Part shown: piece by piece, positions 38,412 to 47,930 of the stretch
Numbering within the stretch: the first letter of the stretch is position 1
How the letters are laid out: each line of letters begins with the position of its first letter
Assembly (NCBI GenBank): GCA_003864455.1
Contig: BGZN01000005.1
Span: 9,280-73,279, forward strand
DNA from: Candidatus Termititenax aidoneus
GTDB lineage: Bacteria; Margulisbacteria; Termititenacia; Termititenacales; Termititenacaceae
DNA: 64,000 nucleotides
Reading direction: 5' to 3'
Made by a program: the position numbers and the translations under genes
Notes under the pieces: generated by a model
What the model was told of the DNA's origin: nothing
The model's input: only the letters and a program-made list of their open reading frames with translations
The model's database searches: none

Positions 38412-40439
38412 ATGTATAGAAAAGTTATCGCTAAAAAGGAGAACGCGGCTGTCAGCGCACAGCGACAGCCGGACGCGCCGCTGAAAAGTGTAGCTCTGAA
38501 ATTTATAAATAGCGTGGCAGAACTGTACAGAAAAACAGGCAGGATGCACAGTTCGAATGTGCCGGAAGAGAAAGATCTTTATCAGCAATGGCATACCCGG
38601 TATAAATATGATCCGGAAGTCAGGCGGGAGTTAGAGAAAAGAGGCGTGGATGTAAACAGGACGCTGGAAATTGTGCAGGAGGAAGAAACGCAGGCGGATT
38701 TCATAGACAATATGGAAAAGATATACAAGGAAACAGGCAGGATGCCCAGTTCGAATGTGCCGGGAGAGAAAAATCTTTATTGGCAATGGCATACCCGGTA
38801 TAAATATGATCCGGAAGTCAGGCGGGAGTTAGAGAAAAGAGGCGTGGATGTAAACAGGACGCTGGAAATTGTGCAGGAGGAAAAAGCGCAGGCGAATTTC
38901 ATAGACAATGTGGAAAAGATATACAAGAAAACAGGCAGAATGCCCGATCAGAGAGTGCCGGAAGAAGTGAATATTTATCATCAATGGATTAGGACGTATA
39001 AATATAATCCGGAAGTCAGACAGCAATTAAAAGCGAGAGGTCTTTGTATTCCAGAAATTACCTGGAATGAACAGAAATATGTAAAGTTCATAGATAGTGT
39101 GGCAGAACTGTACAGAAAAACAGGCAGGATGCCCAGTTCGAATGTGCCGGAAGAAGTAAGCCTTTATCAGCAATGGCATAACAAGTATAAATATAATCCA
39201 GAAGTCAGACGGGAGTTAGAGAAAAGAGGCGTGGACGTAAACAGGACGCTGAGAATTGTGCAGGAGGAAGAAACGCAGGCGGATTTCATAGACAATGTGG
39301 AAAAGATATACAAGGAAACAGGCAGAGTATCCAATTATAGCATGCCGGGAGAGAAAAATCTTTATTGGCAATGGTATACCCGGTATAAATATGATCCGGA
39401 AGTCAGGCGGGAGTTAGAGAAAAGAGGCGTGGATGTAAACAGGACGCTGAGAATTGTGCAGGAGGAAGAAACGCAGGCGGATTTCATAGACAATGTGGAA
39501 AAGATATACAAGGAAACAGGCAGAATATCCAATTATAGCATGCCGGGAGAGAAAAATCTTTATTGGCAATGGCATAACAGGTATAAATATGATCCGGAAG
39601 TCAGGCGGGAGTTAGAGAAAAGAGGCGTGGACGTAAACAGGACGCTGAGAATTGTGCAGGAGGAAGAAACGCAGGCGGATTTCATAGACAATATGGAAAA
39701 GATATACAAGGAAACAGGCAGAATGCCCAATTATAGCGTGCCGGGAGAGAAAAATCTTTATTGGCAATGGCATAACAGGTATAAATATGATCCGGAAGTC
39801 AGGCGGGAGTTAGAGAAAAGAGGCGTGGACGTAAACAGGACGCTGAGAATTGTGCAGGAGGAAGAAACGCAGGCGGATTTCATAGACAATATGGAAAAGA
39901 TATACAAGGAAACAGGCAGAATGCCCAATTATAGCGTGCCGGGAGAGAAAAATCTTTATTGGCAATGGCATAACAGGTATAAATATGATCCGGAAGTCAG
40001 GCGGGAGTTAGAGAAAAGAGGCGTGGACGTAAACAGGACGCTGAGAATTGTGCAGGAGGAAGAAACGCAGGCGGATTTCATAGACAATATGGAAAAGATA
40101 TACAAGGAAACAGGCAGAATGCCCAATTATAGCGTGCCGGGAGAGAAAAATCTTTATTGGCAATGGCATAACAGGTATAAATATGATCCGGAAGTCAGGC
40201 GGGAGTTAGAGAAAAGAGGCGTGGACGTAAACAGGACGCTGAGAATTGTGCAGGAGGAAGAAACGCAGGCGGATTTCATAGACAATGTGGAAAAGATATA
40301 CAAGGAAACAGGCAGAATGCCTAATTATAGCATGCCGGGAGAGAAAAATCTTTATCAGCAATGGCATAACAAGTATAAATATGATCTAGAAGTCAGACGG
40401 GAGTTAGAGAAAAGAGGTGTTGCGCTGCTCAAGGCCTGA
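38412..40439 (+). CDS. tandem-repeat protein, paralog B (about 10 x 66-aa YKETGRMP...LYWQWHNRYKYDPEVRRELEKRGVDVNRTL repeats)
   Basis: The repeats from about 39600 are identical at the DNA level with a 198-bp period. The leader and first 25 aa are shared with the gene at 34921. Confidence 0.65.
   Translation: MYRKVIAKKENAAVSAQRQPDAPLKSVALKFINSVAELYRKTGRMHSSNVPEEKDLYQQWHTRYKYDPEVRRELEKRGVDVNRTLEIVQEEETQADFIDNMEKIYKETGRMPSSNVPGEKNLYWQWHTRYKYDPEVRRELEKRGVDVNRTLEIVQEEKAQANFIDNVEKIYKKTGRMPDQRVPEEVNIYHQWIRTYKYNPEVRQQLKARGLCIPEITWNEQKYVKFIDSVAELYRKTGRMPSSNVPEEVSLYQQWHNKYKYNPEVRRELEKRGVDVNRTLRIVQEEETQADFIDNVEKIYKETGRVSNYSMPGEKNLYWQWYTRYKYDPEVRRELEKRGVDVNRTLRIVQEEETQADFIDNVEKIYKETGRISNYSMPGEKNLYWQWHNRYKYDPEVRRELEKRGVDVNRTLRIVQEEETQADFIDNMEKIYKETGRMPNYSVPGEKNLYWQWHNRYKYDPEVRRELEKRGVDVNRTLRIVQEEETQADFIDNMEKIYKETGRMPNYSVPGEKNLYWQWHNRYKYDPEVRRELEKRGVDVNRTLRIVQEEETQADFIDNMEKIYKETGRMPNYSVPGEKNLYWQWHNRYKYDPEVRRELEKRGVDVNRTLRIVQEEETQADFIDNVEKIYKETGRMPNYSMPGEKNLYQQWHNKYKYDLEVRRELEKRGVALLKA
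38560..40420. repeat. near-perfect 198-bp in-frame tandem repeat array
   Basis: The unit ggcgtggacgtaaacaggacgctgagaattgtgcaggaggaagaaacgcaggcggatttcatagacaat... recurs at about 39617, 39815 and 40013 without mismatches. Confidence 0.8.
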
Positions 40440-40580
40440 GTAGAGGTGTTGAAGAGCAACTCTGCGGAACTGGAAAATCTATATACCGGCGAGCGGATTA
40501 ATACCGGCCGTTTGGCCGGAAGCGGAGCGAAAAATCATTGAGCCGAGATTTTCTAATCCGGCGGAGCAAGTACCTATTAT

Positions 40581-41372
40581 TTAACGCAAAACTAATAGCA
40601 CAATAATACCAAGAATAATACGGTAAACTCCGAACGGCACGAAATTATATTTGCGCAGATAACGCAGGAAAAATTGAATGACCAGCATGGCCGTCCAAAA
40701 AGCAAAATAAAACGCCGCGATTAGCATGAACCATTCCGGCGCGGTGAAAGACAGAGCGGTGTCATACAGGGTCAGCGCCGCCGCGCCCAGCATAGTCGGC
40801 ACGGCCAGAAAAAACGAAAATTCCACCGCGGCTGTCCGGCTCAAACCCAGGAGCAAGCCGCCGATAATCGTTACCGCCGAACGCGATGTGCCCGGCACCA
40901 TGGCCAGGCATTGAAAAAAACCAAGCGCCAGAGCGGTCAGCCAGCCGGTGTCGGACATGACAGATGTTTTGGCCGGCCGGTTGCGCAGCGCAAACTCCAG
41001 GACTATCATCAGCGCTCCGTAAAAGATCAAAGCCGCGGCCACGACGCGCGGCTCAAAAAGAGTTTTTATTTCCGCTCTGTACAGAAAACCTAAAACCGCC
41101 GCCGGCAAAAAAGCGACCAGGATTTTGAGCCAGATCGGTAGGACTTTGGTGTAAAATTCCCGGCGAAAAGGCCAGAACATCGTGCCGTACAGTTTGACCA
41201 CGGCCATGATCGCGCCCAGTTGAATAATCACCTCAAACGCGCTGCTGAATTTGGGATTGCCGGAAAGCCCGTGCAAAAGGCGCTCGGCCAAGATCAAATG
41301 CCCCGTACTGCTGATTGGCAGAAATTCGGTGAGACCTTCAATAATGCCGAGAAAAATGGCTTTCCAGAACAT
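40581..41372 (-). CDS. uppP: undecaprenyl-diphosphatase (BacA/UppP)
   Basis: It begins MFWKAIFLGIIEGLTEFLPISSTGHLIL at the internal ATG at 41372. It is multi-TM. Confidence 0.9.
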   Translation of the reverse strand: MFWKAIFLGIIEGLTEFLPISSTGHLILAERLLHGLSGNPKFSSAFEVIIQLGAIMAVVKLYGTMFWPFRREFYTKVLPIWLKILVAFLPAAVLGFLYRAEIKTLFEPRVVAAALIFYGALMIVLEFALRNRPAKTSVMSDTGWLTALALGFFQCLAMVPGTSRSAVTIIGGLLLGLSRTAAVEFSFFLAVPTMLGAAALTLYDTALSFTAPEWFMLIAAFYFAFWTAMLVIQFFLRYLRKYNFVPFGVYRIILGIIVLLVLR

Positions 41373-41471
41373 GAATTTATTATAACATAATTTGCCGGAC
41401 ACGCTGGCGCGCTGACTTCCGCGCTTGCGTAACAGTAGAGTATCTAGGTAAAATCCCTTGGAGTAATAGTA

Positions 41472-42047
41472 ATGAATATTAAAAAACTTTTGAAACTGTG
41501 CCCGACTTTTGGCCTGCTGCTGGGTTTTTGTCCCTCGCTGGCGGTTACGACGGCGCTGGTCAACGCTTTGGGCATGGGTGTGGCTTTTACTTTTGTCCTG
41601 GTGTTTTCCAATTTTTTTGTTTCTTTGCTGCGGCGTTTTATTCCGCAGGAAATACGCATACCGCTCTTCATTATTATTGTGGTAACTTTTGTAACGATTA
41701 TCGACATGCTGCTGGCCGGTTTCACGCCAGAACTGTACAAAGCCCTGGGGATTTTCGTGCCGCTCATCGTCGTCAATTGCATTATTCTGGGACGCGCCGA
41801 AGCTTTTGCTTACAAAAACAATGTTTGGGCGTCAATCAAAGACGGCTTGCTGAACGGTTTTTGGTTTACGGTAGGGTTGGCTATACTGGCCGCGGCGCGC
41901 GAGCTGCTCGGCGCCGGCACGCTGCTTGGCGCTCCGGTTTTTTCCGCGAATTTTACGCCGGTGCTGCTGTTTATTTTGCCGCCGGGCGGATTTTTGCTGC
42001 TGGGCTTTATCCTGGCCTACATCAACGAGGATACCGGTGTACAATGA
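41472..42047 (+). CDS. rnfE: Rnf electron transport complex subunit E (RnfA/E family)
   Basis: RnfE-like features are present (GFCPSLAVTTALVNALGMG, QEIRIPLFIIIV, ILGRAEAFA). It is a polytopic membrane protein. Confidence 0.75.
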   Translation: MNIKKLLKLCPTFGLLLGFCPSLAVTTALVNALGMGVAFTFVLVFSNFFVSLLRRFIPQEIRIPLFIIIVVTFVTIIDMLLAGFTPELYKALGIFVPLIVVNCIILGRAEAFAYKNNVWASIKDGLLNGFWFTVGLAILAAARELLGAGTLLGAPVFSANFTPVLLFILPPGGFLLLGFILAYINEDTGVQ

Positions 42048-43269
42048 CTATAAATCTTTGACGCACGACAAAGCGCTTACGGCTTTGCCTGCGCCGGAAT
42101 ATCTCTATGTGCCGTTGTCCCAGCATATCGGCGCTCCGGCGGTGAGTCTGGTCAAAAAAGGCGACCGCATCTGGCGCGGCCAGTTGATCGGCTCGGCGGA
42201 CGCTTTCGTTACAGCCAATGTGCATTCTCCGGTATCCGGCGAAGTGGCAGACCTGGTCAGGATCAGAAATCCGCAGGGCAAATTGGTCGAGGCTGTGAAA
42301 ATCAAAAACGATTTTCAGGACGCTGTCGACCCCAATCTCAAACGATATCCGCCGCTGGCCGAGCTGGACACAGAAAATCTCCGTGAAATAATCCGCGAGA
42401 TCGGCCTGGTGGGACTGGGCGGCGCGGCTTTTCCCACGCATGTCAAAGTATCGCCGCCCAAGGATAAAAAAGTCGACACGCTGATTCTCAATGCCGCGGA
42501 ATGCGAGCCGTATCTCAACGCGGATTACCGGCTGCTGCTCGAATATCCTAATGAAGTGGTGCAGGGTCTGCGCCTGCTGGCCAAAGCCGCCTGCGCGGTC
42601 TGGGTGGTCGTGGCAATCGAGGACAATAAAAAAGACGTCATTGCCGGTTTGAAAAATTGCGGCGTGGAGGAATTTGCCCGCATCGCGCTAATGCCCTCGG
42701 TCTATCCGGCCGGCGCGGAAAAAGTGCTGGTCAAAAAAACAGTTGGCCGCAGAATACCAAATAAAGGCCTGCCAATCGATGTGGGCGTGGTCGTGGTCAA
42801 TGTCGGCACAGCTTATCAACTGGCGCGCAGCGTGCAGACCGGCCTGCCGCTGACTGAACGCGCGGTCACGATTTCCGGCGAATTTGCCAACCCGGGCAAT
42901 TACTGGATCAGGGTCGGGACTTTGTATCAAGACGCGGTCAAATTGCCGGAAAATTTTGAGAAAGAAGATTTTCGCGTGGTTTCCGGCGGACCGATGATGG
43001 GTTTTGCTCTGGCCGCGCTCGATGTGCCGGTGGCCAAAGGCACTTCGGGGATTATCCTGCTGCGTTCGCAGGTCTTCACCGAAACGAACTGTATTCGCTG
43101 CGCGCGCTGCGTCAATGTCTGTCCGCTGGGGCTGCTGCCGTATAGAGACAGGGGTTTGGAGGACTGCATGGAATGCGGACTTTGCGCTTTTGTCTGTCCG
43201 GCGCGCAAATATCTGGTGCAAAAAGTCCGGCAGGATAAAATCGCCAAACACAAGGAGTTGAGCAAATGA
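42037..43269 (+). CDS. rnfC: Rnf electron transport complex subunit C
   Basis: The likely GTG start at 42037 (MYNDYKSL...PLSQHIGAP) overlaps the rnfE stop. An NADH/FMN site (GLVGLGGAAFPTHVK) and two 4Fe-4S ferredoxin motifs (CIRCARCVNVCP, CMECGLCAFVCP) are present. Confidence 0.85.
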   Translation: MYNDYKSLTHDKALTALPAPEYLYVPLSQHIGAPAVSLVKKGDRIWRGQLIGSADAFVTANVHSPVSGEVADLVRIRNPQGKLVEAVKIKNDFQDAVDPNLKRYPPLAELDTENLREIIREIGLVGLGGAAFPTHVKVSPPKDKKVDTLILNAAECEPYLNADYRLLLEYPNEVVQGLRLLAKAACAVWVVVAIEDNKKDVIAGLKNCGVEEFARIALMPSVYPAGAEKVLVKKTVGRRIPNKGLPIDVGVVVVNVGTAYQLARSVQTGLPLTERAVTISGEFANPGNYWIRVGTLYQDAVKLPENFEKEDFRVVSGGPMMGFALAALDVPVAKGTSGIILLRSQVFTETNCIRCARCVNVCPLGLLPYRDRGLEDCMECGLCAFVCPARKYLVQKVRQDKIAKHKELSK

Positions 43270-44147
43270 AAATTTTAGCCGTCTCGCCGCATTTGCATTC
43301 GGGAGAAACCACGCCGGTTTTAATGCACGCGGTTTTGCTGGCACTGACGCCGGCGCTGCTCGCGGCGCTTATTTTTTTCGGCTGGAGAGCGTTTTGGCTG
43401 ACGGCGGTCTGCGTCGGCGCGGCAGTCTTGACCGAATATTTGGCCGCGCTGTTTTTTCACAAAAAAAATTGCCTAAATGATTACTCAGCAGTTGTGACCG
43501 GCCTGCTGCTGGCTTTTGTCCTGCCGCCGTCTCTGCCGCTGTGGATAGCCGCGCTGGGCGCGGTGTTTGCTGTTTTGATAGTCAAGGAATTATTCGGCGG
43601 ACTGGGGCAGAATATTTTTAATCCGGCGCTGTCCGGCCGCGCCTTTTTGCTGGCCTCGTTTCCGGTGTTTATGACGAGCTGGACTGCGCCTTTTGACGCG
43701 TTGACCGCCGCCACGCCGCTGGCCGCAGGCTTAAAAATAGATGAGTGGAGCATGTTCCTCGGCAATATCCCCGGCTCGCTGGGCGAAACTTCCGCGCTGG
43801 CCTTGCTGCTGGGCGCGGCTTATTTGCTCTGCCGCAAAATCATTGACTGGCGCATACCGCTGGGTTATCTCGGCACAGTCGCCTTATTTATGTACCTGGC
43901 CGGCCAAAATGTGGCTTTTCATTTACTGGCCGGCGGCTTGCTGCTCGGCGCATTTTTCATGGCGACCGATTACACGACTTCACCAATGGCGCGGCGCGGC
44001 AAGTGGATTTTCGCTATAGGCTGCGGTATACTAACGTCCGTTATTCGGCTTTGGGGCGGCTATCCCGAAGGCGTGTGTTACTCGATACTGATTATGAATA
44101 TGTTTGTGCCGTTGATCGACAGACTGGACGAAGCCAAAAGCAAATAG
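43266..44147 (+). CDS. rnfD: Rnf electron transport complex subunit D (NqrB/RnfD family)
   Basis: It is a polytopic membrane protein with RnfD-like motifs (GGLGQNIFNPALSGRAFL, ATPLA). It overlaps the rnfC stop. Confidence 0.85.
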   Translation: MKILAVSPHLHSGETTPVLMHAVLLALTPALLAALIFFGWRAFWLTAVCVGAAVLTEYLAALFFHKKNCLNDYSAVVTGLLLAFVLPPSLPLWIAALGAVFAVLIVKELFGGLGQNIFNPALSGRAFLLASFPVFMTSWTAPFDALTAATPLAAGLKIDEWSMFLGNIPGSLGETSALALLLGAAYLLCRKIIDWRIPLGYLGTVALFMYLAGQNVAFHLLAGGLLLGAFFMATDYTTSPMARRGKWIFAIGCGILTSVIRLWGGYPEGVCYSILIMNMFVPLIDRLDEAKSK

Positions 44148-44185
44148 TGTATTTATAAAATATAGGGAGACATGTACTTTACTAT

Positions 44186-44908
44186 ATGAAATTCGGCGTG
44201 ATACTTTTCCCCGGCAGCAATTGCGAGCACGATTGTTATTATGCGGCGACTAAAATTTCCGGCGAAAAAGCCGCGGTGATCTGGAGCGGCGCTGCGGATT
44301 TGCCGGCGGATTTTCAAGACCCGCAGGGCGCGAATTGTTTGATAATCCCGGGCGGTTTTTCTTACGGTGATTATTTGCGCTGCGGAGCGATCGCCAGATT
44401 TGCGCCGATCATGAACAAAGTGCGGGATTATGCAGAACGCGGCGGCCGCGTTATCGGCATTTGCAACGGCTTTCAGATTTTGGTCGAGGCCGGTTTGCTG
44501 CCCGGTGTTTTGCACCGCAACCGCGATTTGAATTTTATTTGCCAAGATATTTTTCTCAAGGTCGAAAACCGGAAAACGATTTTTACGCAGAAAGTCAGCA
44601 AAGATGTGCTCCGCGTGCCGATCGCGCACGGCGAGGGCAATTATTACTGCGACGACGCGGCACTGGAAAAACTGGAAAAGAACGGCCAAATAGTTTTTCG
44701 TTACTGCGACGCGGCGGGTAATGTCTCGCCGGAAAGCAACCCCAACGGGTCACGGCATAATATCGCCGGCCTTTGCAATGCGCAGGGCAATGTGCTGGGT
44801 ATGATGCCGCACCCCGAGCGCTGCGCCGAAGCAGCGCTGGGCAATACCGACGGGCGAATGATTTTTGAGTCGATTATCGCTGCGGTGAAGGAGAAAGTAG
44901 CGGCCTAG
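44186..44908 (+). CDS. purQ: phosphoribosylformylglycinamidine synthase subunit PurQ (glutaminase)
   Basis: It begins [20 protein letters not shown] and has a GATase1 catalytic triad context ([16 protein letters not shown]). Confidence 0.9.
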   Translation: MKFGVILFPGSNCEHDCYYAATKISGEKAAVIWSGAADLPADFQDPQGANCLIIPGGFSYGDYLRCGAIARFAPIMNKVRDYAERGGRVIGICNGFQILVEAGLLPGVLHRNRDLNFICQDIFLKVENRKTIFTQKVSKDVLRVPIAHGEGNYYCDDAALEKLEKNGQIVFRYCDAAGNVSPESNPNGSRHNIAGLCNAQGNVLGMMPHPERCAEAALGNTDGRMIFESIIAAVKEKVAA

Positions 44909-44942
44909 AGAGCGTTTTTAAAGCAGGTAAAAGGAGTAAGCC

Positions 44943-45659
44943 ATGAAAGGCGTAGTATTGGCCGGAGGCACCGGCTCGCGTTTGTATCCGCTGACCAAAG
45001 TGACGAATAAACATTTGCTGCCGGTGGGACGCAAACCGATGATTTATTATCCGATCGAGCGTTTGCTGCAGGCCGGCATCAAAGAAATTTTGATCGTAAC
45101 CGGCACCGAGCATGTCGGCGCGGTGGTCAATTTGCTTGGCTCGGGCAAAGATTTTAACTGCCGGTTTACTTACAAAGTGCAGGACGAAGCCGGCGGCATC
45201 GCGCAGGCTCTGGGTCTGGCCGAAAATTTCGCCGGCGGTGATGCTGTGACGGTGATACTCGGCGACAATATTTTTCAGGACGATCTCACGCCGTATCTGC
45301 AGGAATATGCCGGGCAGGGCGGCGGCGCGAAATTGCTGCTCAAAGAAGTGACCGATCCGCAGCGTTTTGGCGTGGCGGAAATTCAAGACGGCCTGATCGT
45401 CGGCATTGAGGAAAAACCCAAGCGGCCGAAATCCAACAATGCTGTAACCGGCATTTATATTTATGACGCGCAGGTTTTTGACTATATTCGGACGCTGAAG
45501 CCGTCGGGACGCGGCGAACTGGAAATCACCGATGTGAATAACAAATACATCGCCGGCCGCAAATGCACGTACAATATTTTCCAGGGTTTTTGGACGGACG
45601 CCGGCACGCCGGAGTCTTTGCGTCACGCGGCGATTTTGGCGGAGTCGGCCGGTCTATGA
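44943..45659 (+). CDS. sugar-phosphate nucleotidyltransferase (RmlA/GlmU-N-like)
   Basis: The nucleotidyltransferase signature GVVLAGGTGSRLYPLT is present, with a KPMIYYPIE motif. Confidence 0.8.
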   Translation: MKGVVLAGGTGSRLYPLTKVTNKHLLPVGRKPMIYYPIERLLQAGIKEILIVTGTEHVGAVVNLLGSGKDFNCRFTYKVQDEAGGIAQALGLAENFAGGDAVTVILGDNIFQDDLTPYLQEYAGQGGGAKLLLKEVTDPQRFGVAEIQDGLIVGIEEKPKRPKSNNAVTGIYIYDAQVFDYIRTLKPSGRGELEITDVNNKYIAGRKCTYNIFQGFWTDAGTPESLRHAAILAESAGL

Positions 45660-46855
45660 GCCTGGTTTTAGCGGAAACGATTGCCGGGGTGAAGCCCTCG
45701 AAAACGCTGGCTGTTTCGGCCAAGGCCGCCGAGCTGCGCGCTCAAGGTTTTGATGTGATAAATTTCGGCGCTGGCGAGCCGGATTTTGACACGCCGGAGA
45801 ATATCAAGGACGCGGCGGTCAAGGCTATCCGGGACGGGCAGACCAAATATACCGCCGCGTCCGGGACAATCCAGCTCAAATCTGCCGTGCAAAATAAATT
45901 GCAGCGCGAGAACGGCCTGCATTACGAGTTGAATCAGTTGATTATCAATGCCGGCGCCAAACACACGCTCTTTACTTTATTTCAAACTATTTTAAACGCC
46001 GGCGATGAAGTGCTAATCCCGGCGCCGTACTGGGTAAGTTATCCAGATATGGTGGCGCTTTTGCGCGGACGGCCGGTGATTGTCCCGACGACGGCGGAAA
46101 ATAATTTTGAGATCACAGTCGCCGATTTGCAAAAATATATCACGCCCAAGACCAAAGCTCTGGTGCTCAACTCTCCCTCCAATCCTACGGGCAGCGTTTA
46201 CAGCCGCGAAAAACTGCAGGCTATCGCGGACTTTTTGGCGTATAAGGATCTGTACATTATTTCCGACGAGATTTATGAGCACTTTTTGTATGACGGCGCG
46301 CGGTTTTGTTCTATCGCGCAGTTGTCGGAGAAAATCCGCGCCAAAACGATTATAGTCAACGGCGTTTCCAAAGCCTACTCAATGACCGGCTGGCGCATCG
46401 GCTATGCCGCCGGGCCGGAAGCCGTGATCCAGGCCATGACTATGATCCAATCGCAGTCGCTTTCCAATCCGACGTCTATCGCTCAAGCTGCGGCTGTCGA
46501 AGCGCTAAACGGCGCTCAAACTTCGGTTGCCAAAATGCTCGCGGCTTTTCAAGAACGGCGCGATCTGATTTGCCAGGCTTTTCAAGAGATCGACGGTGTT
46601 GCCTGCCGCTGTCCGCAAGGCGCTTTTTATGTTTTTCCCGAGGTCAGCGCATTGTACGAAAAATCTTTTCAAGGCCAAAAAATCCGCAATTCCGAAGATC
46701 TGGCCGCCGCTTTGCTGGAAAACGCGCATATCGCGGTGGTGCCGGGCGGCAGTTTTGGCGCGGAAAATTATATTCGCCTGTCCTATGCCTGCGCGCCGGA
46801 AAATATTCAGCGCGGCCTGGCGCGTTTTAAGGAATTTGTGCAAAATCTCCGCTAA
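45656..46855 (+). CDS. aspartate/aromatic aminotransferase (class I PLP-dependent)
   Basis: It begins at the internal ATG at 45656 (MSLVLAETIAG). A PLP-lysine context (SKAYSMTGWRIGY) and LNSPSNPTG are present. Confidence 0.85.
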   Translation: MSLVLAETIAGVKPSKTLAVSAKAAELRAQGFDVINFGAGEPDFDTPENIKDAAVKAIRDGQTKYTAASGTIQLKSAVQNKLQRENGLHYELNQLIINAGAKHTLFTLFQTILNAGDEVLIPAPYWVSYPDMVALLRGRPVIVPTTAENNFEITVADLQKYITPKTKALVLNSPSNPTGSVYSREKLQAIADFLAYKDLYIISDEIYEHFLYDGARFCSIAQLSEKIRAKTIIVNGVSKAYSMTGWRIGYAAGPEAVIQAMTMIQSQSLSNPTSIAQAAAVEALNGAQTSVAKMLAAFQERRDLICQAFQEIDGVACRCPQGAFYVFPEVSALYEKSFQGQKIRNSEDLAAALLENAHIAVVPGGSFGAENYIRLSYACAPENIQRGLARFKEFVQNLR

Positions 46856-46859
46856 AACA

Positions 46860-47035
46860 GTGCCAAGCCGACGGCTGGCTCTCGTGCGTAACGTAAATTA
46901 TTTTCGTGTTGTAAACTCGTCACTTCGGCGGCTGCGCCGCCTTGTGGCTCTCACTTAACTTCGCGGCCGCGCCGCTCGTTAAGTTCGAGTGACAATTTGC
47001 GCGTTTCTCAATGCGCGCAAATTGATACCAAGCGC
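46860..47035. repeat. REP/MITE-like dispersed repeat copy between aspartate aminotransferase and tRNA-Lys
   Basis: It shares words with the repeats at 5990-6130, 6722-6890, 25556-25625 and 63365-64000. Examples are ctctcacttaacttcgcg (reverse complement of cgcgaagttaagtgagag) and an agccgacggct hairpin. Confidence 0.55.
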
Positions 47036-47044
47036 ATGGGCGCT

Positions 47045-47120
47045 TGGTGATCCCGGCGCGATTCGAACGCGCGACCGCTACATTAAAAGTGTATCGCTCT
47101 ACCGACTGAGCTACGGGACC
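47045..47120 (-). tRNA. tRNA-Lys (anticodon UUU), CCA encoded
   Basis: The reverse complement folds as a cloverleaf. The acceptor stem is GGTCCCG/CGGGATC, the anticodon loop is CUUUUAA and the T-loop is TTCGAAT. Confidence 0.8.
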
Positions 47121-47239
47121 ACAAAAATGGCCTGTAAATATACCAAGTAAACGGGCTTTTTGGCAATAAGAGCTTGAAAAATAAGGCTTAATTCAACCAA
47201 CTAATTTTCTATATGTGAAAGAAAGAATTAAATAAAAAT

Positions 47240-47434
47240 TTATCCTAACGAATATGCGTTTTTCTTGAAGATAAGATTGCGCGGTTCTCTAACGCCAGCA
47301 TTCTGTATTTTTAATGAACTGTATTCTTTCGCGGTTAAAGGCCTGCCTAATTTTTGGGACAATTCAATAGCTTTGCGATTATCATGACTTGAGATGTTTC
47401 TTTTTGATTTAACTAAAGCTAAATTTTTAGACAT
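47240..47434 (-). CDS. hypothetical small protein (64 aa) in AT-rich islet
   Basis: It overlaps the upstream ORF by 8 nt. Composition is AT-rich relative to the neighbourhood. Confidence 0.35.
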   Translation of the reverse strand: MSKNLALVKSKRNISSHDNRKAIELSQKLGRPLTAKEYSSLKIQNAGVREPRNLIFKKNAYSLG

Positions 47435-47873
47435 GATATTTTCCTTTCAAGTATTTAGCAACTAAAGTTTTGCTGGCTTTAGTGTCAAAATACAACCGGT
47501 CTCCATATAATATTTTCGCTCCATATTTTCTGACATAGTGTTCTTTCAAAATAGTCTTGCTGTCAAAAACCACAAAACCGTCAAACCCGGCATCTAAAGA
47601 ATCTTTAGCAACATAGGCAAATAATACACCAGCCACATTGTCAATTTTTTTATTTTTACCAATATTTGCCGGCGCTAACTCTAGGCGGTATATAATATTG
47701 TAGCGTGAACTTGGCACTTCCTCAAATTCTGTCAAGCCCTGAATTGTATCATTGTCAAAATAAGCGATTTTTTGTGATACCGCTCCGAAAGATTTATCCC
47801 AATCAAATTTCCAACCGTCCTTTTTTAACTGTTTAGCTGTTGAAATTAAAATATTTACAGATATTAATTTCAT
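47427..47873 (-). CDS. hypothetical protein (148 aa) in AT-rich islet adjacent to tRNA-Lys
   Basis: The ORF has atypical AT-rich composition. No recognisable domain was found. Confidence 0.4.
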   Translation of the reverse strand: MKLISVNILISTAKQLKKDGWKFDWDKSFGAVSQKIAYFDNDTIQGLTEFEEVPSSRYNIIYRLELAPANIGKNKKIDNVAGVLFAYVAKDSLDAGFDGFVVFDSKTILKEHYVRKYGAKILYGDRLYFDTKASKTLVAKYLKGKYHV

Positions 47874-47930
47874 AATGAGTATTATATCATAAACAACTGC
47901 GCTATCATTTAGACGCGTATAACACGCTTC

